A stretch of DNA of 63,261 nucleotides, filler included, from Octopus bimaculoides (GCF_001194135.2; 5 parts of 5 records of this genome joined end to end with filler, not necessarily neighbours in it); one strand, 5' to 3'; positions 48,305 through 62,199 are shown, counted from the whole stretch's first letter. Program-made: numbers and translations. The notes: a model not told the origin generated them from the sequence alone.

Positions 48305-49600
48305 ATCCGTTGTAAAATCTCCAGCTGTAAACCTCATTTCGAAACTGTCATAGTACATCCTCAATATTTTGATCACTTTGTCTGGAATGCGGAAGTGGTC
48401 CATGGCTCTTATCAGTAATTCATGTGGCACTGAGCCATATGCATTAGTTAGGTCAAGCCATACCACGTTCAGACTTCTCTTGTTCTGCTTGGCATCCTGG
48501 ATCGCTTTCCAAATCGAAAAACAATGTTCAACGCATCCAGATATCCTGGGGATTCTGGCCTTTTGAACAGATTCATCAACATATCCGTTATTTTGTAAAT
48601 ATGTTACTGTTCTCCTCAAAAGATTTCCCATAAAGATCTTGCCTTCCACATTCAATAAGGATATCGGCCTAAACTGTTTTAAAGTCTTTGCATTGGAATC
48701 TTTCGGCAGGTATATACCTTCTGCCTTACACCAATCCTCTACTAGAGTCTCTTCGCGCCACAGTTGTCGGAGTAGGACAAAGAACTTCTTTCGCAGACGA
48801 TTGCAATATTTATAAACTTTATATGAAACACCATCACTTCCTGTGGCACTCTTTGCTCTCACTTTTCTTATGAACTCATTCACCTCTTTCTCCCTGATGT
48901 CCCCAATTTGGAATTCGATATCAGGTTCTGAGAGATGATTTAGCCCATGTAGAGGTGGCAGTGGCTGGTTACGGTGCGGATCACTGTAGATTTCTTTGAT
49001 ATGAGCGCCCAATTCTTCTTTCATGCACGATAAAGAACCACTCTTCGGTTCAGTGAACTGCTTCTTAGTAAACCCGTATGGGTCCTTCAGAAACTACTCC
49101 CGAGTCCTTTTACTCTCCTTTCGACGATCATATCGGCAGATATGTTGTTGAGCATGAGGACATTTCCTTTTCAAATCGTTATACAGCAGCACGAGGCCAG
49201 GTTTTTCATCTTCTGCAGCACATTTCCATCGCTTTCTTAGGCTAGTCTTTTCCTTCCTCAACTGTTTCATTTTCCGGATCCACCTGCTTGGTCCACAATT
49301 TCCTTTCGCTAATCGGATATTCTCTTTCACTCCAAATAAATCCTTTCCTGTATCGTAAATTGAACTTGTTAATTTTCCCAGTTTCTCCACTGTAGAGCCT
49401 GTCATTTTATAAGGAGCTCAACATACTTTGTTTTCAAAGTCTTTATATTTCCCTTACATATATTAGCAGCAGGTCACAAAACCCTCAGTTTCCTCCAAGT
49501 ACTATCTGATGCACCAGTTTCATGGCTTGCAGTTTCCTGACAGGAAGAGGTCTTTGCTGTAGCATTTATCGATCCACTGTAGTTTGAGTCTGGGGATGAT
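48305..49600 (-). mobile_element. Hero/NeSL-type (RLE class) LINE reverse-transcriptase fragment, broken before YxDD
   Basis: KSATGSDG, FRPISLLNVEGKIF, QKARIPRISGCVEH, WLDLTNAYGSVPHELL, plus an upstream basic helical region LRKEKTSLRKRWK. Confidence 0.85.
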
Positions 49601-50604
49601 TTGCCACATGTTTTATGATCAGATGTATATATATGTATGTGTATATATGCATGTGTGTATGTAGATATGTGTGTGTGCATATATATGTATATATGCATGT
49701 GTATGTATGCATGTATGTATGTATGTACATCCCTGTATATATGTACATTATGCATGTATGTCTATAATATATATATAACAGACTTTGACCTCAATTTCAA
49801 TGACTGACTCATACTTTTTATATTTTTCCTGAACAAAAATACGGATGTTTCAAGTGAATGCATAACTCATCAAAATTAACGAATCAAACTTGCTGAACTC
49901 AAAATAAATCAAGCTTTAGATTAGCTAACTCAGCCAATGAAGGAAGCAGAAATATCTGAGAATAGCTAAACATTTGAACAAAGAGCTTAAGGCAGCTATG
50001 CATACATGACAAGTTCTATTCAATATGTATTGAATTCATCAGCAAGTTTCACCAAATATGAAGAGACTGCACCACAACAACCTATTTTATACTAACTTAA
50101 GTACACTGTGACAGCTGACACTTGCATTAGTTCTCTCTCCCCTGCTCTCTGTTTCTCTATCTTCCCCTTATTTCCCCTCTCTCTATGTCTATCTTATCTT
50201 CACATACCTACAGAAACTGCATGCAACTAAATCAATGTAACATTCTGTAGTTTCTCATCAGATGGTCATATCCAATACACCGTATGAAAAATAGAAAATG
50301 TCTTCTCTCATACTTTCATCTAAATTTCCAGTCACCTTATTGTACATGTGGTAAAACATATTTGTGTTAAACTGGTGACGATTTCATATTTGCCCCAAAT
50401 GTTTTATATATGCATTGTATGTACATACATACACACATATTGTTGTGTGTATGTATGTATGCATGTGTGTGTCTACACACACACATGCCACATAATAGTA
50501 ATAATAATCCATTCTACTATAGGCACAAGGTCTAAGATGTGGAAGGGGATAATCGATTCCATCGACCCCCAGTACTCACCTGGTACTTATTTTATCAACC
50601 CTAA

Positions 50605-50748
50605 AGCTTCCAAACCACCTGGTTCCAGGTTCAGTCCTACTGCGTGACACCTTGGGCAACAAGTGTCTTCTACTATAGCCTCAGACCAACCAAAGCCTTG
50701 TGAGTGGATTTGGTCGATGAAAACTAACAGAAGCTCTTCGTTTGTGTG

Positions 50749-50790
<42 letters not shown>

Positions 50791-51010
50791 TATATGTGTG
50801 TATATCTTTGTGTCTGTGTTTGTCCCTCACCACTACTCGACAATCAGTGTTGGAGTGTTTTGTCCTTGTAACTTAGCAATTCAACAAAGGAGACCAATAG
50901 AATAAGTACCAGGCTACAAAAAGCCCTGGGATCGATTAATTCAACTAAGACCTTTAAGGCAGTGCCCCATCATGGCCACTGTCAAATGACTGAAACAAGT
51001 TAAAGATGAA
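50605..51010 (+). mobile_element. SINE family B, directly after a partial family A copy (50510-50600)
   Basis: ggttccaggttcagtcc...accaaagccttgtgagtgg...caaatgactgaaacaag. Confidence 0.85.
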
Positions 51011-51023
51011 AGAAAAGATAAGG

Positions 51024-51089
<66 letters not shown>

Positions 51090-52794
51090 TATAGATATAT
51101 ATACATACACACACACATACATATGTACATACATACATGAATACAGACACATACACACCCACAGACATATAGGTATACATGGACATATGCATACATTTGT
51201 ACTTACACACACACACACACATATATATACATAGGCATATGCATACATGTACACACATATAAAAACACACATTCATAAATACACACACATATACACACAT
51301 ATATATGTGTGTGTGTGTATATGCATACAGACATATATACATGTATGTACATGCATAAACCATGAATATACATACCTACATCTCTATTTATACATTTATG
51401 AATACCTCCATACACAGAGAAACAGCTGACAGGAATTAGAAAGAAAAAGGAGAAAGGCCATTTACTCTTTGTCAAAGCTTTCTAAAGATTGTTTTTATAA
51501 CTTATTAAGTTTCAAGCCCTTATTGTCTTCTTAAATTGAAGGATTTATCTGTCTACCTTAATTGAACTTAAGGCTAAATAACAGAAAACATTATTGAGAA
51601 GACTAATTGTTTTTGTTGCTGTGGTTGTAGCTTTCATTGTCATTGTTGTTGTTGTTGTTGTAGTTATTAAATCCTGGGTTTAACATTGAATAAGTAGATC
51701 TGTCATTAACTCTTTTGATGTCATCGTACACCAAAGACTATTTTGATTCTGGGAGTCAATTTATTTGACTTAAACCTTTCGAGACATTGCTCCAGCATGG
51801 CTGCAATCAACTGATTGAAACCAGTAAAAAAACAACAGATAAACGATAAATGAATGCAATTATGACTTATGACTGATACGTCTGGTTTTCACTGACAAGT
51901 GTACATCAGTCAAAGAGAAACAAGAAGAAAAGTGAAATGTAAAAAAAAATGCAAAAAAAAAACAACAACATACATATAAAGAATTCAAAGAGAAAACAAA
52001 TGATAAGAATGAGTGAGGAGAATGGGAATAGAATTATGCGGTGGTGTTGGTGTGGGGCGGAAGGATTTTCCACCAATGTTCAGGTTTTTATCCAACTGGT
52101 CAAACCAGAAGAACCAACGAGGGGTTTGTAAGTGGTTTCTTAGTGATACAAGATTGAAGGGCTATTATTTTTTGGAGTATCTGTCTGTTAGTCCCATTGC
52201 TGTCTTTTATTAATTACTCTTAAAGCTCCTGTCACTATGGAGATGGTTGTTGTTATTGCTGCCACTGCTACTACTGCTATTATCATTATCGTTGTTTTTT
52301 AGCTTCTAACCAAGCACAAGTAGAAATATACCTGTGAGGAAACCACTACATTTTACTGTTATTTAGCCCCTGGGCAGCCAACCCAGGTTGAGCAGACCTA
52401 TGATGAAAGACATTCCAGCCAAAAGGAACCATTGTTCTCTATAAAAGGAATTGCATCTTTCATGTTCTTTTTGATGGAAGACAAGAGAATGTGATCTAGA
52501 AGGAGATTTAACTGTTATCTCTAACAGACCAAGCAACTACTTAGAGACTTCCCTCATTCTCCTCACCCACCCTCATCAATGCACTCTCTTCCTATTTCTT
52601 ATCTCTGTTATGTAAACAATTTTTCATATTAGTCAAGCATACTTGAGTATGAGGGTATTGCACAAATTCTGGAATCCAAGAAAGAAAATGTGACACATTT
52701 ATCTCCTCTCTCTCTCTCTCTCTCTCTCTCCACTCCCCCCTCTCTCTCTCTCCCCCTCTCACATGAGTGCACACACATATACATGCACAAACAG

Positions 52795-53110
52795 AAATTT
52801 GGGGCTGTGCTTCCCAACCACATGGCTCCTGGTTCAGTCCCACTGCATAGCACCTTGGAGGCCAACAAAAACCTTGTAAGTGGATTTAGTAGATGGAAAC
52901 TGAACGAGGCACATTGTATATATGTATATATCTATGTGTGTGTGTGTATGTCTTTGTGTCTGTTTGTCCCCCACCACCACTTAACAGCTGGTGTTGGTTT
53001 GTTTATGTTCCCATAACTTAGCAGTCTGACAAAAGAGATGGATAAAATAAGTACTAAGCGTAAAAAATAAAGACATAAGTCCTGGGGTTGATTTGTTGCA
53101 GTCAAGTAAA
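52795..53110 (+). mobile_element. SINE family B, diverged
   Basis: ggctgtgcttcccaaccacatggctcctggttcagtccc...cctggggttgatttg. Confidence 0.8.
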
Positions 53111-53518
53111 AGATAACAGATATCTTTTAGCTCACAGCTAGACAAACACACACACACACACGCATGTGCGCGCACGTGCATGCATGGGATATGTAGCACA
53201 CTGCCTAAATACCAATCTTGAGAATAAGGCTTCTCAAACTGAGAAAGGAGAAGGCTGATTTGGAGACTACAGATCCAAGCCATCACTGGAAGTGTAAAAA
53301 TCTGTAAAACTTTCCGGGCGTTTATTATTAAAGAATATATGTGCATGTCGAGACGTGCAACTATATGCATGAGAATACATGCATAAAATAAGACATACAA
53401 ATCTGCACATAAACATACATACAAATTATATCCTGTTGGTGTTGTTGAAATTCTAGTGAAGGAGGCTTGGATCTAGGTTAGAAACAGGTTCTTTCTCTAT
53501 TGATAAGAAATCTTGAAA

Positions 53519-53607
<89 letters not shown>

Positions 53608-54418
53608 TGTATGTCTGGCTCTATACAGTTTCCATCTACTTCTACATGAGGAACAAACAAGGGGATATGACAAAGACAATAGAATCAATCCCTAATAGGT
53701 AGGGGGCCTTGTCAATGATCAAACAAATTCTAAACCCATAAATCAAACCCACATGTCGCACATGTATCAGTATATAATATAAAGAAAATCGTAGTGTTAG
53801 GTACTACAACTAAACATATAGTGTACCGCAGGGCTATGACATGTGTACACAACATAGAGTATATTGCAATATTGGTTGGAAAAAGAAAATGCTTAGTTAG
53901 TTTTTGTTATTGACTGGTAATTTATTTCATTGACCCCCCACCACACGGGTGACAGGTAAAATAGATGTTAGCAAGATTTGAATTCATTGTATAAAGATCC
54001 AGGAAGAATACTACAAAGTATTTTGTCTGATATCCTATTGAAAAGGAAAGTGAGGGGAGCGAGGGAGGTGTTGCCTTCCAGCGATTTTGTCAGAAGCTGG
54101 GTGAATGTAACACGAATGGCTCGCTCGAGTGAATAGGCATACTCTAAGCAAGCGACGCAAAATCAAGGTTGGATGAAAAGAAAAGTGTACTTGCCCAAGA
54201 GGTCAGGATTAGGGTTAGGGTTTTTCTGGGGTTTCACAAGCAGCCCTTGAAAGTTTCCCGCTTTTGGGGATTCAACTGTAACTTATATTGCTTTTCTTTA
54301 TTTACACATTCCAATCCCACTTGTTTTGTACTGTCCTGTATTGTCCCCTATCTTATATATGAACCCTCAGTGGTTAATAAAAAAAAGATTATTATTGTTG
54401 TTGTTGTTGTTGTTATCA

Positions 54419-54487
<69 letters not shown>

Positions 54488-55351
54488 GGCAGCAAACTAG
54501 CACAATCGTTAGCATGCTGGACAAAATGCTCAGTGGTATTTTCTTTCAGCTTTACATTCTGAGTTCAAATTACCCTGAGATCAACTTTGTTTTTCGTCCT
54601 TTCAGAGTCAACAAAATAAGTACCACTCAATCACTGGGGGTCAATGTAATTGACTTCCCCTTCCCTCAAGAACTTCTGGCTCTGTGCCAAAATTTGAGGC
54701 CATAATTATTATTATTATTATTATTATCATTATTATTATTATTATTATCATTATTATTATTATTATTATCATTATTATTATTATTATTATTATCATCATA
54801 GCCGCCAAGTTGGTGGAATTATTAACATGTCAGAAAAAATGCTTCAGGCATATCCACTGGTTTTACATTCTGAGTTCAAATTCTGCTGAGGTTGACTTTG
54901 TCCTTCATCTTTCTGGGGGTTGATAAAATAAGTACCAGTTGAATACTTAGGTCAGTGTAATCAATAGTCCCCTCCCTCAAAATTTCAGGTTTTGTGTCTA
55001 TTAGAAAGGATTATTATTATTATAAGTGGCCTTTCTTCCGACTCTTTACATTCTGAGTTCAAATTTGTCTTTCGTTCTTCCAGGTTTGATAAAATAAAGT
55101 ATCAGTCAAGTATGGGGAAGTGAGGGGGGTCAACTTAAATTTCCCTGCCCCTGCCCTCAAAATTGCCTGACCTTTTGAGGGCAAATTTTGGCACATAAAC
55201 ATACATGTGGGTTTGATTTATGGGTTTAGAATTTGTTTGATCATTGACAAGGCCCCCTACCTATTAGGGATTGATTCTATTGTCTTTGTCATATCCCCTT
55301 ATTTGTTCCTCATGTAGAAGTAGATGGAAACTGTATAGAGCCAGACATACA
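53608..55351. repeat. 149-bp inverted duplication (53608-53756 versus 55203-55351)
   Basis: The reverse complements differ at one position (aacaaacaag versus aacaaataag). Confidence 0.95.
54487..55190 (+). mobile_element. Three head-to-tail SINE family A copies separated by (ATT)n
   Basis: ttacattctgagttcaaat B-box segment recurs near 54552, 54862 and 55046. Confidence 0.8.
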
Positions 55352-55527
55352 TGTATGTTTATGTGCCAAATTTTCAAACGGCTAGTTGCATTATTGTGAT
55401 GGTGATGATGACGACAATGATGATGATGATGATGTTGGTGGTGGTGGTAATAATGATGGCAAAAAAGTCAACAAAGAAGAAGAAAAGTGAGAGTGTGAAG
55501 CAAATATATGCACAAAACTTCAGACTA

Positions 55528-55563
<36 letters not shown>

Positions 55564-55717
55564 TTAAAAAACAAAAAGCAACAAACCTTTGATCTCCGTA
55601 ACAAAAAGACATTTAAATCCTCTTCCATATCTCATGCAAAATTACCATTCCAATAAATACAGTTTTTGTGTTAAAGACTATCCAGAAATAAGATAAATAT
55701 CTATATATTTATATATA

Positions 55718-55789
<72 letters not shown>

Positions 55790-56022
55790 ATCTATGTATA
55801 TGTGCACAGCTTTATGTATGTATATGTATGTATTGTATGTATGCTCAATTTATGTATGACTGCACATTCCGATATATGTATCTGTAAATCAATATCTATA
55901 TAAATGTATCAATATATACATAGATACAAGATTGTCATGTACCAACTACCTAATATTTGTCATAGAAAACATTTATGTAAACAAAGAGTTTACATACATA
56001 GAAATTTGTATGTATATATGTG

Positions 56023-56057
<35 letters not shown>

Positions 56058-56133
56058 TTGTGTTTATATATGTGTATATATGTATTTGTATGTTTGTAAA
56101 TAATAGTTAGGGAGACTATATATATTATATATA

Positions 56134-56174
<41 letters not shown>

Positions 56175-56939
56175 TTATGTAGAGAAAGAGTACTCTACAG
56201 GTAGTCTAAGTAACTATATCCATATTGGCATTACTGTGTTTATGTGTTCATATATATATATATATGGAGAAAACTCAGGTTAACCTGATGGCCAGGCCAT
56301 GCATATACATCTCTATCTTTCTAAGATCAAGATTTTAAAGGCAATATATTTTCTGTTTCTTTTTTTCTCTTTATTACTGTTAGTATTAATAGTGGTGGTG
56401 GCATTGTAGGTAATGGTGGTAGTGACAGTAGTAACAGCAAGTGTAGTAACAGTATCAGCAGAAGCTATAATAATATGTAGGAGAGGTGTTGGTGGTGGTG
56501 GGGGTTTTTTTTGGGGTTTTTTTTCTATGTTGACAATGTGTGACAGGTAAGAAAGAGAAAAAAAGCCAGCTTAAAGTAAGTACTAAGTAAAGAAAAAAGA
56601 CAGAAGAGTGGTGTGTGTATATGTATATATATATACGTGTGTGTGTGTATGCATCTATGTATCTGAATATGTATGTAAATATGTGTGTGTGTATACATAT
56701 GAATATATATGTATCTGTATGTGTGTATGTATATATGTTTATATACATAAGTATGTATATGTATATACATTTGTGTATGTATATAGATGTATGTATGTGT
56801 TTAAATATATATACAATATACAAAGGTACATCAAATCTTGATAGATATATAGATACATAAATAGATGTGTATACAGGTGTATGTGTCTATCTATTTATCT
56901 ATCAATATATATATGTATGTATGTATGTATGTATATGTG

Positions 56940-57036
<97 letters not shown>

Positions 57037-57066
57037 GTATGTATATATGTGTGTGTGTGTGTGTAT

Positions 57067-57100
<34 letters not shown>

Positions 57101-57550
57101 CAGAGGTGACATAGTAAAAAGGGGGACAAGAGAGAAGGAGAGAAAAGACAAATGGGAGAGAGAGGAGTAAAGATTGGAGGAGAGAAAGAGAGCAGGGTGA
57201 TAGAGAAGACAGGTGAGGTAGGTGAGAATTGGCAATGAAAGACAGGTAAGCATATAGGTGGGGGTCAGCAACACCATATGACCATCACCATTATCGTGGA
57301 CAGCATCACTGCCATAGGCACCAAAATCACCACCACCACCACCACTACCACTAGCATCCCCATCACCATCACTGCTACCACCAATACTGTCAGCATCTCT
57401 CCCTCAGACAGCTGGAGCCCTGAGGAATGGCCACAGGGGTTCATCAATCATTATTTTAAATGGCCATCATTTCCTCCTCCTCCACCACCACCATCACCAT
57501 CCCTAACACCTCTCTACCATCTCTAACACAGCCACCACCACCACAACTAC

Positions 57551-57593
<43 letters not shown>

Positions 57594-57729
57594 AATTATT
57601 ATTATTATTGCTGTTGCTTGTTTCACCTTCCTCTTTCCTCTAACAACAAGTGTCTCCTCTGATCACCTGACACATGTATAGACAAGCAGATAGACACATG
57701 CATGCACGTACATACATATACACACACAC

Positions 57730-57935
57730 CATGGTCGTAAGATTGTTGTTTCAATGCCTGGACAGGGCGACGGGTTGTGTTCTTGAGCAAAACACTTCAT
57801 TTCACATTGCTCCAGTTCACTTGGCTGGCAAAAATGAGTAACGCTGTGATGGGCTGACGTCCCGTCCAGCTGGGGAACACATACGCCATTGAAACCAGGA
57901 AACCAGGCCCATGAGCCTGGCTAGGCTTTAAAAGG
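57730..57935 (+). mobile_element. SINE family C-related copy with a different 3' part
   Basis: gttgtgttcttgagcaaaacacttcatttcacattgctccagttcac shared with family C. Confidence 0.7.
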
Positions 57936-58297
57936 CTGTATTTATTTTATATATACTCTTTTACTTGTTTCAGTCATTTGACTGCGGCCATGCTGGAGCA
58001 CCACCTATTTTTTAAAATCTTTTACTTGTTTCAAAACTATATGGTTGGGAAGTAAACTTTTTACCACACAACGATGCCACTTGTATATACAGACCAATAC
58101 CGAAGGAATGCTCAAATTTTTTATTTGTAAACATTTTTGTGTGTGAGTGTGAGTGTGTGTGAGTGTGAGTGTGTGTGAGTGTNNNNNNNNNNNNNNNNNN
58201 NNNNNNNNNNNNNNNNNNNNNNNNNNNNNNNNNNNNNNNNNNNNNNNNNNNNNNNNNNNNNNNNNNNNNNNNNNNNNNNNNNNNNNNNNNNNNNNNN

Positions 58298-58333
<36 letters not shown>

Positions 58334-58995
58334 TATATTTAACTATATATTTACATGTATTATTTACTTATATGTCGTTTGTCTAGATAACTATGCATCA
58401 TACCACTGGAATTCTACGCAGTTTTATTTCATTTGAATTCCCACGTTAAATTTGTGCCAATGTTGCTCAAAACTTTCTTGCTCCAATGCACTTTTTTCAT
58501 TATTTCAAACCTTGAACTCATAAAGAAAGAAAAATCCACACCTTCATGACTTCAGTCAAATGCAGACGTATTCATTACACAATGCACACATCCATAATAT
58601 AGACACACCCATTCATACATAAACCTACTCATTTATATATAAGCACTCCCATTCATACACAAACCAACACATCCATATATGAACACAGACATTCACATAT
58701 AAACACTCACACATTCTTATAGGAACCCACATGATTACAATAAATAAAGGATTTTTCAAATTTGCCTTTTTTTTTTTTTTTTTTTCACAATTATTCAATT
58801 TTCGAATTTTTATCATTTTTTCAGCTATAACTTATTCGAATCATCATCATCATGTGTTGTTGTCATCTTCAATGCAGTTGTTATTGCTGTTGCCAGCATA
58901 GTTGACAGATAACGATTAGCAAGAACAACAACAAAACCACCTAGTCAAGATGAAATAGATCCTTCAGGCAGGTTATGACTGACAAGAAGATTGCA

Positions 58996-59031
<36 letters not shown>

Positions 59032-59074
59032 AGAAGTTATATATGTATATATATACATATATATATATATAGAC

Positions 59075-59210
59075 GCAGGCATGACTGAGCAGTAAGAATT
59101 TGTTTCCAGACTACATGGTTCTAGGTTCAGTCCCACTGCATGGTACCTTGGACAAATGTCTTCTACTATAGCCTCGGGCCAACCAAAGTCTTGTAAGTTG
59201 ATTTGGTAGA
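59075..59210 (+). mobile_element. SINE family B, 5' half
   Basis: gcaggcatgactgagcagtaag...ggttcagtccc...gggccaaccaaag. Confidence 0.8.
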
Positions 59211-59254
59211 CGTGTGTGTGTGTGTGTGTATGTGTGTGTGTGTGTGTATGTGTA

Positions 59255-59285
<31 letters not shown>

Positions 59286-59326
59286 GTGTGTGTTATATAC
59301 GTGTATGTGTGTGTTTGTTATATATA

Positions 59327-59357
<31 letters not shown>

Positions 59358-59723
59358 NNNNNNNNNNNNNNNNNNNNNNNNNNNNNNNNNNNNNNNNNNN
59401 NNNNNNNNNNNNNNNNNNNNNNNNNNNNNNNNNNNNNNNNNNNNNNNNNNNNNNNNNNNNNNNNNNNNNNNNNNNNNNNNNNNNNNNNNNNNNNNNNNNN
59501 NNNNNNNNNNNNNNNNNNNNNNNNNNNNNNNNNNNNNNNNNNNNNNNNNNNNNNNNNNNNNNNNNNNNNNNNNNNNNNNNNNNNNNNNNNNNNNNNNNNN
59601 NNNNNNNNNNNNNNNNNNNNNNNNNNNNNNNNNNNNNNNNNNNNNNNNNNNNNNNNNNNNNNNNNNNNNNNNNNNNNNNNNNNNNNNNNNNNNNNNNNNN
59701 NNNNNNNNNNNNNNNNNNNNNNN

Positions 59724-59754
<31 letters not shown>

Positions 59755-59756
<2 letters not shown>

Positions 59757-60150
59757 CTTTTACTCTTTTACTTGTTTCAATCATTTGACTGTGGCCATGC
59801 TGGAGCACCACCTTTAGTTGAGCAAATCGACCCCAGGTCTTATTCTTTGTAAGCCTAGTACTTATTCTATCGGGCTCTTTTGTCGAACTGCTAGGTTACG
59901 TGGACATAAACACACCAGCATTGGTAGTCAAGCAATGTTGGGGGGACAAACATAGACACACACACACACATATATATACATATACATATATACGACGGGT
60001 TTCTTTCAGTTTCCGTCTACCAAATCCACTCACAAGGCTTTGTTTGGCCCGAGGCCTTAGTAGACACTTGCCCAATGTGCCACGCAGTGAGACTGGACCC
60101 AGAACTATGTGGTGCGTAAGCAAATTACTTACCACACAGCCACTCCTGTG
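59755..60150 (-). mobile_element. SINE family B, full length
   Basis: Complete diagnostic halves. Confidence 0.9.
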
Positions 60151-60318
60151 CCTATATATATATATATATATATGTATATATTCAACTTATGCTGAAAGTA
60201 AACAAAGTATGCTTTAGAAGTGTTGACATGTATTGAAAAATAGCATGAACAGGATAAATTATCCGTATATTGCAGAAAAATATGCTACTTTCATTGTAAG
60301 TTGAATTTAACATTAGCA

Positions 60319-60418
60319 NNNNNNNNNNNNNNNNNNNNNNNNNNNNNNNNNNNNNNNNNNNNTTAATTAATTAANNNNNNNNNNNNNNNNNNNNNNNNNN
60401 NNNNNNNNNNNNNNNNNN
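60319..60418. other. Assembly spacer N44-TTAATTAATTAA-N44
   Basis: Same 100-bp construct. Confidence 0.95.
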
Positions 60419-60478
<60 letters not shown>

Positions 60479-60622
60479 CACTCACATATCATTTAAGCGT
60501 GATCAAAATTATCGAACTTTAAATTCAACATCCTTTTCATTATGAAAGCGAGTCGTTCATTAGCTCAATAACTTAATTTGTCTCCTTTACTTCTATCAGT
60601 CTATTGTTATGTGTGCATATGC

Positions 60623-60702
<80 letters not shown>

Positions 60703-60838
60703 GTCTATCTATTTATTTCTCTGTCTCTCCATCCATCCACCTATCTACTATCTATTTGTCTATATCTATCTTTATATCTATCCATCTCTCTCTCTTTCTC
60801 TATCTCTCTCTCTATCTCTCTCTCTTTCTCTCTCTCTC

Positions 60839-60913
<75 letters not shown>

Positions 60914-60933
60914 TACATATACAAACATATACA

Positions 60934-60985
<52 letters not shown>

Positions 60986-61408
60986 TATATATACAAACAT
61001 ACATATATACATATATAAGTGTGTGTGTGTGTGTGTGTGCGTGTGTGTCTGTGCGTGTGTCTGTGTGTGTGTCTGTGTGTATGTATGTATGTATGTATGT
61101 ATGTATATATAACATATGCGTGTGTTTGTGTAATTTCAACAACCCTTCTATGCCTTCAAAGCGCGATTGTTATGCTTATAACATCAATAGTTTGACTTAT
61201 TTTCCCTACAGTCATAGAGTTGTGCCTCTCCACATACACAGGTACGCACATGCTAGAAGAACAAACCAGCGTCGGAATGGTTTACTTAGCACTTACATAT
61301 TCACACATCCCGTCTTTCCCTCCCTGCTATCTTCCAACTTACCATTATCAAATACACAAATGTACACATGCTTAGCAGTTGGAATGCGACACCGTTATCT
61401 AACTGTAC

Positions 61409-61630
61409 AAAAGGCGGCGAGCTGGCAGAATCGTTAACATGCTGAGTAAAATGCTTAGCGGCATTCCGTCCGTCTTTACCGCCAGAGTTTAAATTCCGCC
61501 GAGGTTTGACTTTCCTTTCATCTCTTTTGGGGTCAATAAATTGAGTACAGGTTGAGAACAGGGGTCGATGTAATCGACTTAACTCCCCCCCCCTCCTGAA
61601 TTTGAGGCCTTATGCCTATAGTAGAAAAGA
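61409..61630 (+). mobile_element. SINE family A, full length, 14-bp TSD
   Basis: TTATCTAACTGTAC at 61395-61408 and 61631-61644. Confidence 0.9.
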
Positions 61631-61789
61631 TTATCTAACTGTACTGTTTGATTATATTCACTTCCTTCTTTGTCGCCTCGATCAGGAGTATCGGGCTTAA
61701 AATTCAACATTACTTTTTATTATAGAAATGAAGTATTTTATTATTTCAAGGACTTCGCATGTTTCTCTGCATTCTTTTAAGTTTGACAA

Positions 61790-62000
61790 TCGTTTATCTG
61801 TTACTTGTTTCACTCATTGCACTACGGCCATACTGGGGCACTGCTTTGAAAGGTTATGTCGAACAAATTGCTCCTATTACTTATGGGGCTGGGTTTTTTT
61901 AATATCAAGTCTGGTATTATTCTATCGGTTAATTTTACCGAAGCGCTAAGTTACGGTGACATAAACAAACAAACACCAGTTGTCATGCGATGAAGGGAAA
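61790..62000 (-). mobile_element. SINE family B, 3' half, diverged
   Basis: ttacttgttttcactcattg...gcgctaagttacggtgacataaac. Confidence 0.75.
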
Positions 62001-62163
62001 TACACACACACACACACACACACACATACATATATATTCCTATATATCTATATCTATATATATATATATATATAGTTGGAATTTACAAAAAAACAAAAGA
62101 TGAAGACCGGTGTGTAAACAACAAACAGGTGTATTAGTTTAACGCTCGGGAAGGTGAGAAAGT

Positions 62164-62199
62164 CTTTTACGTTTCGAGCCTACGCTCTTCAACAGAAAG
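62164..62199 (-). ncRNA. Minimal hammerhead motif (A6U variant) in a Penelope-type terminal repeat (~62075-62340)
   Basis: CUUU-CUGUUGA-A-GAGC-guag-GCUC-GAAA-CG-UA-AAAG. Confidence 0.6.

Noticed and set aside
57278-57526. Thr/Pro-rich mucin-like ORF
   Set aside because: Derived from degenerate (CAC/CAT)n repeats; no splice context or recognisable family.
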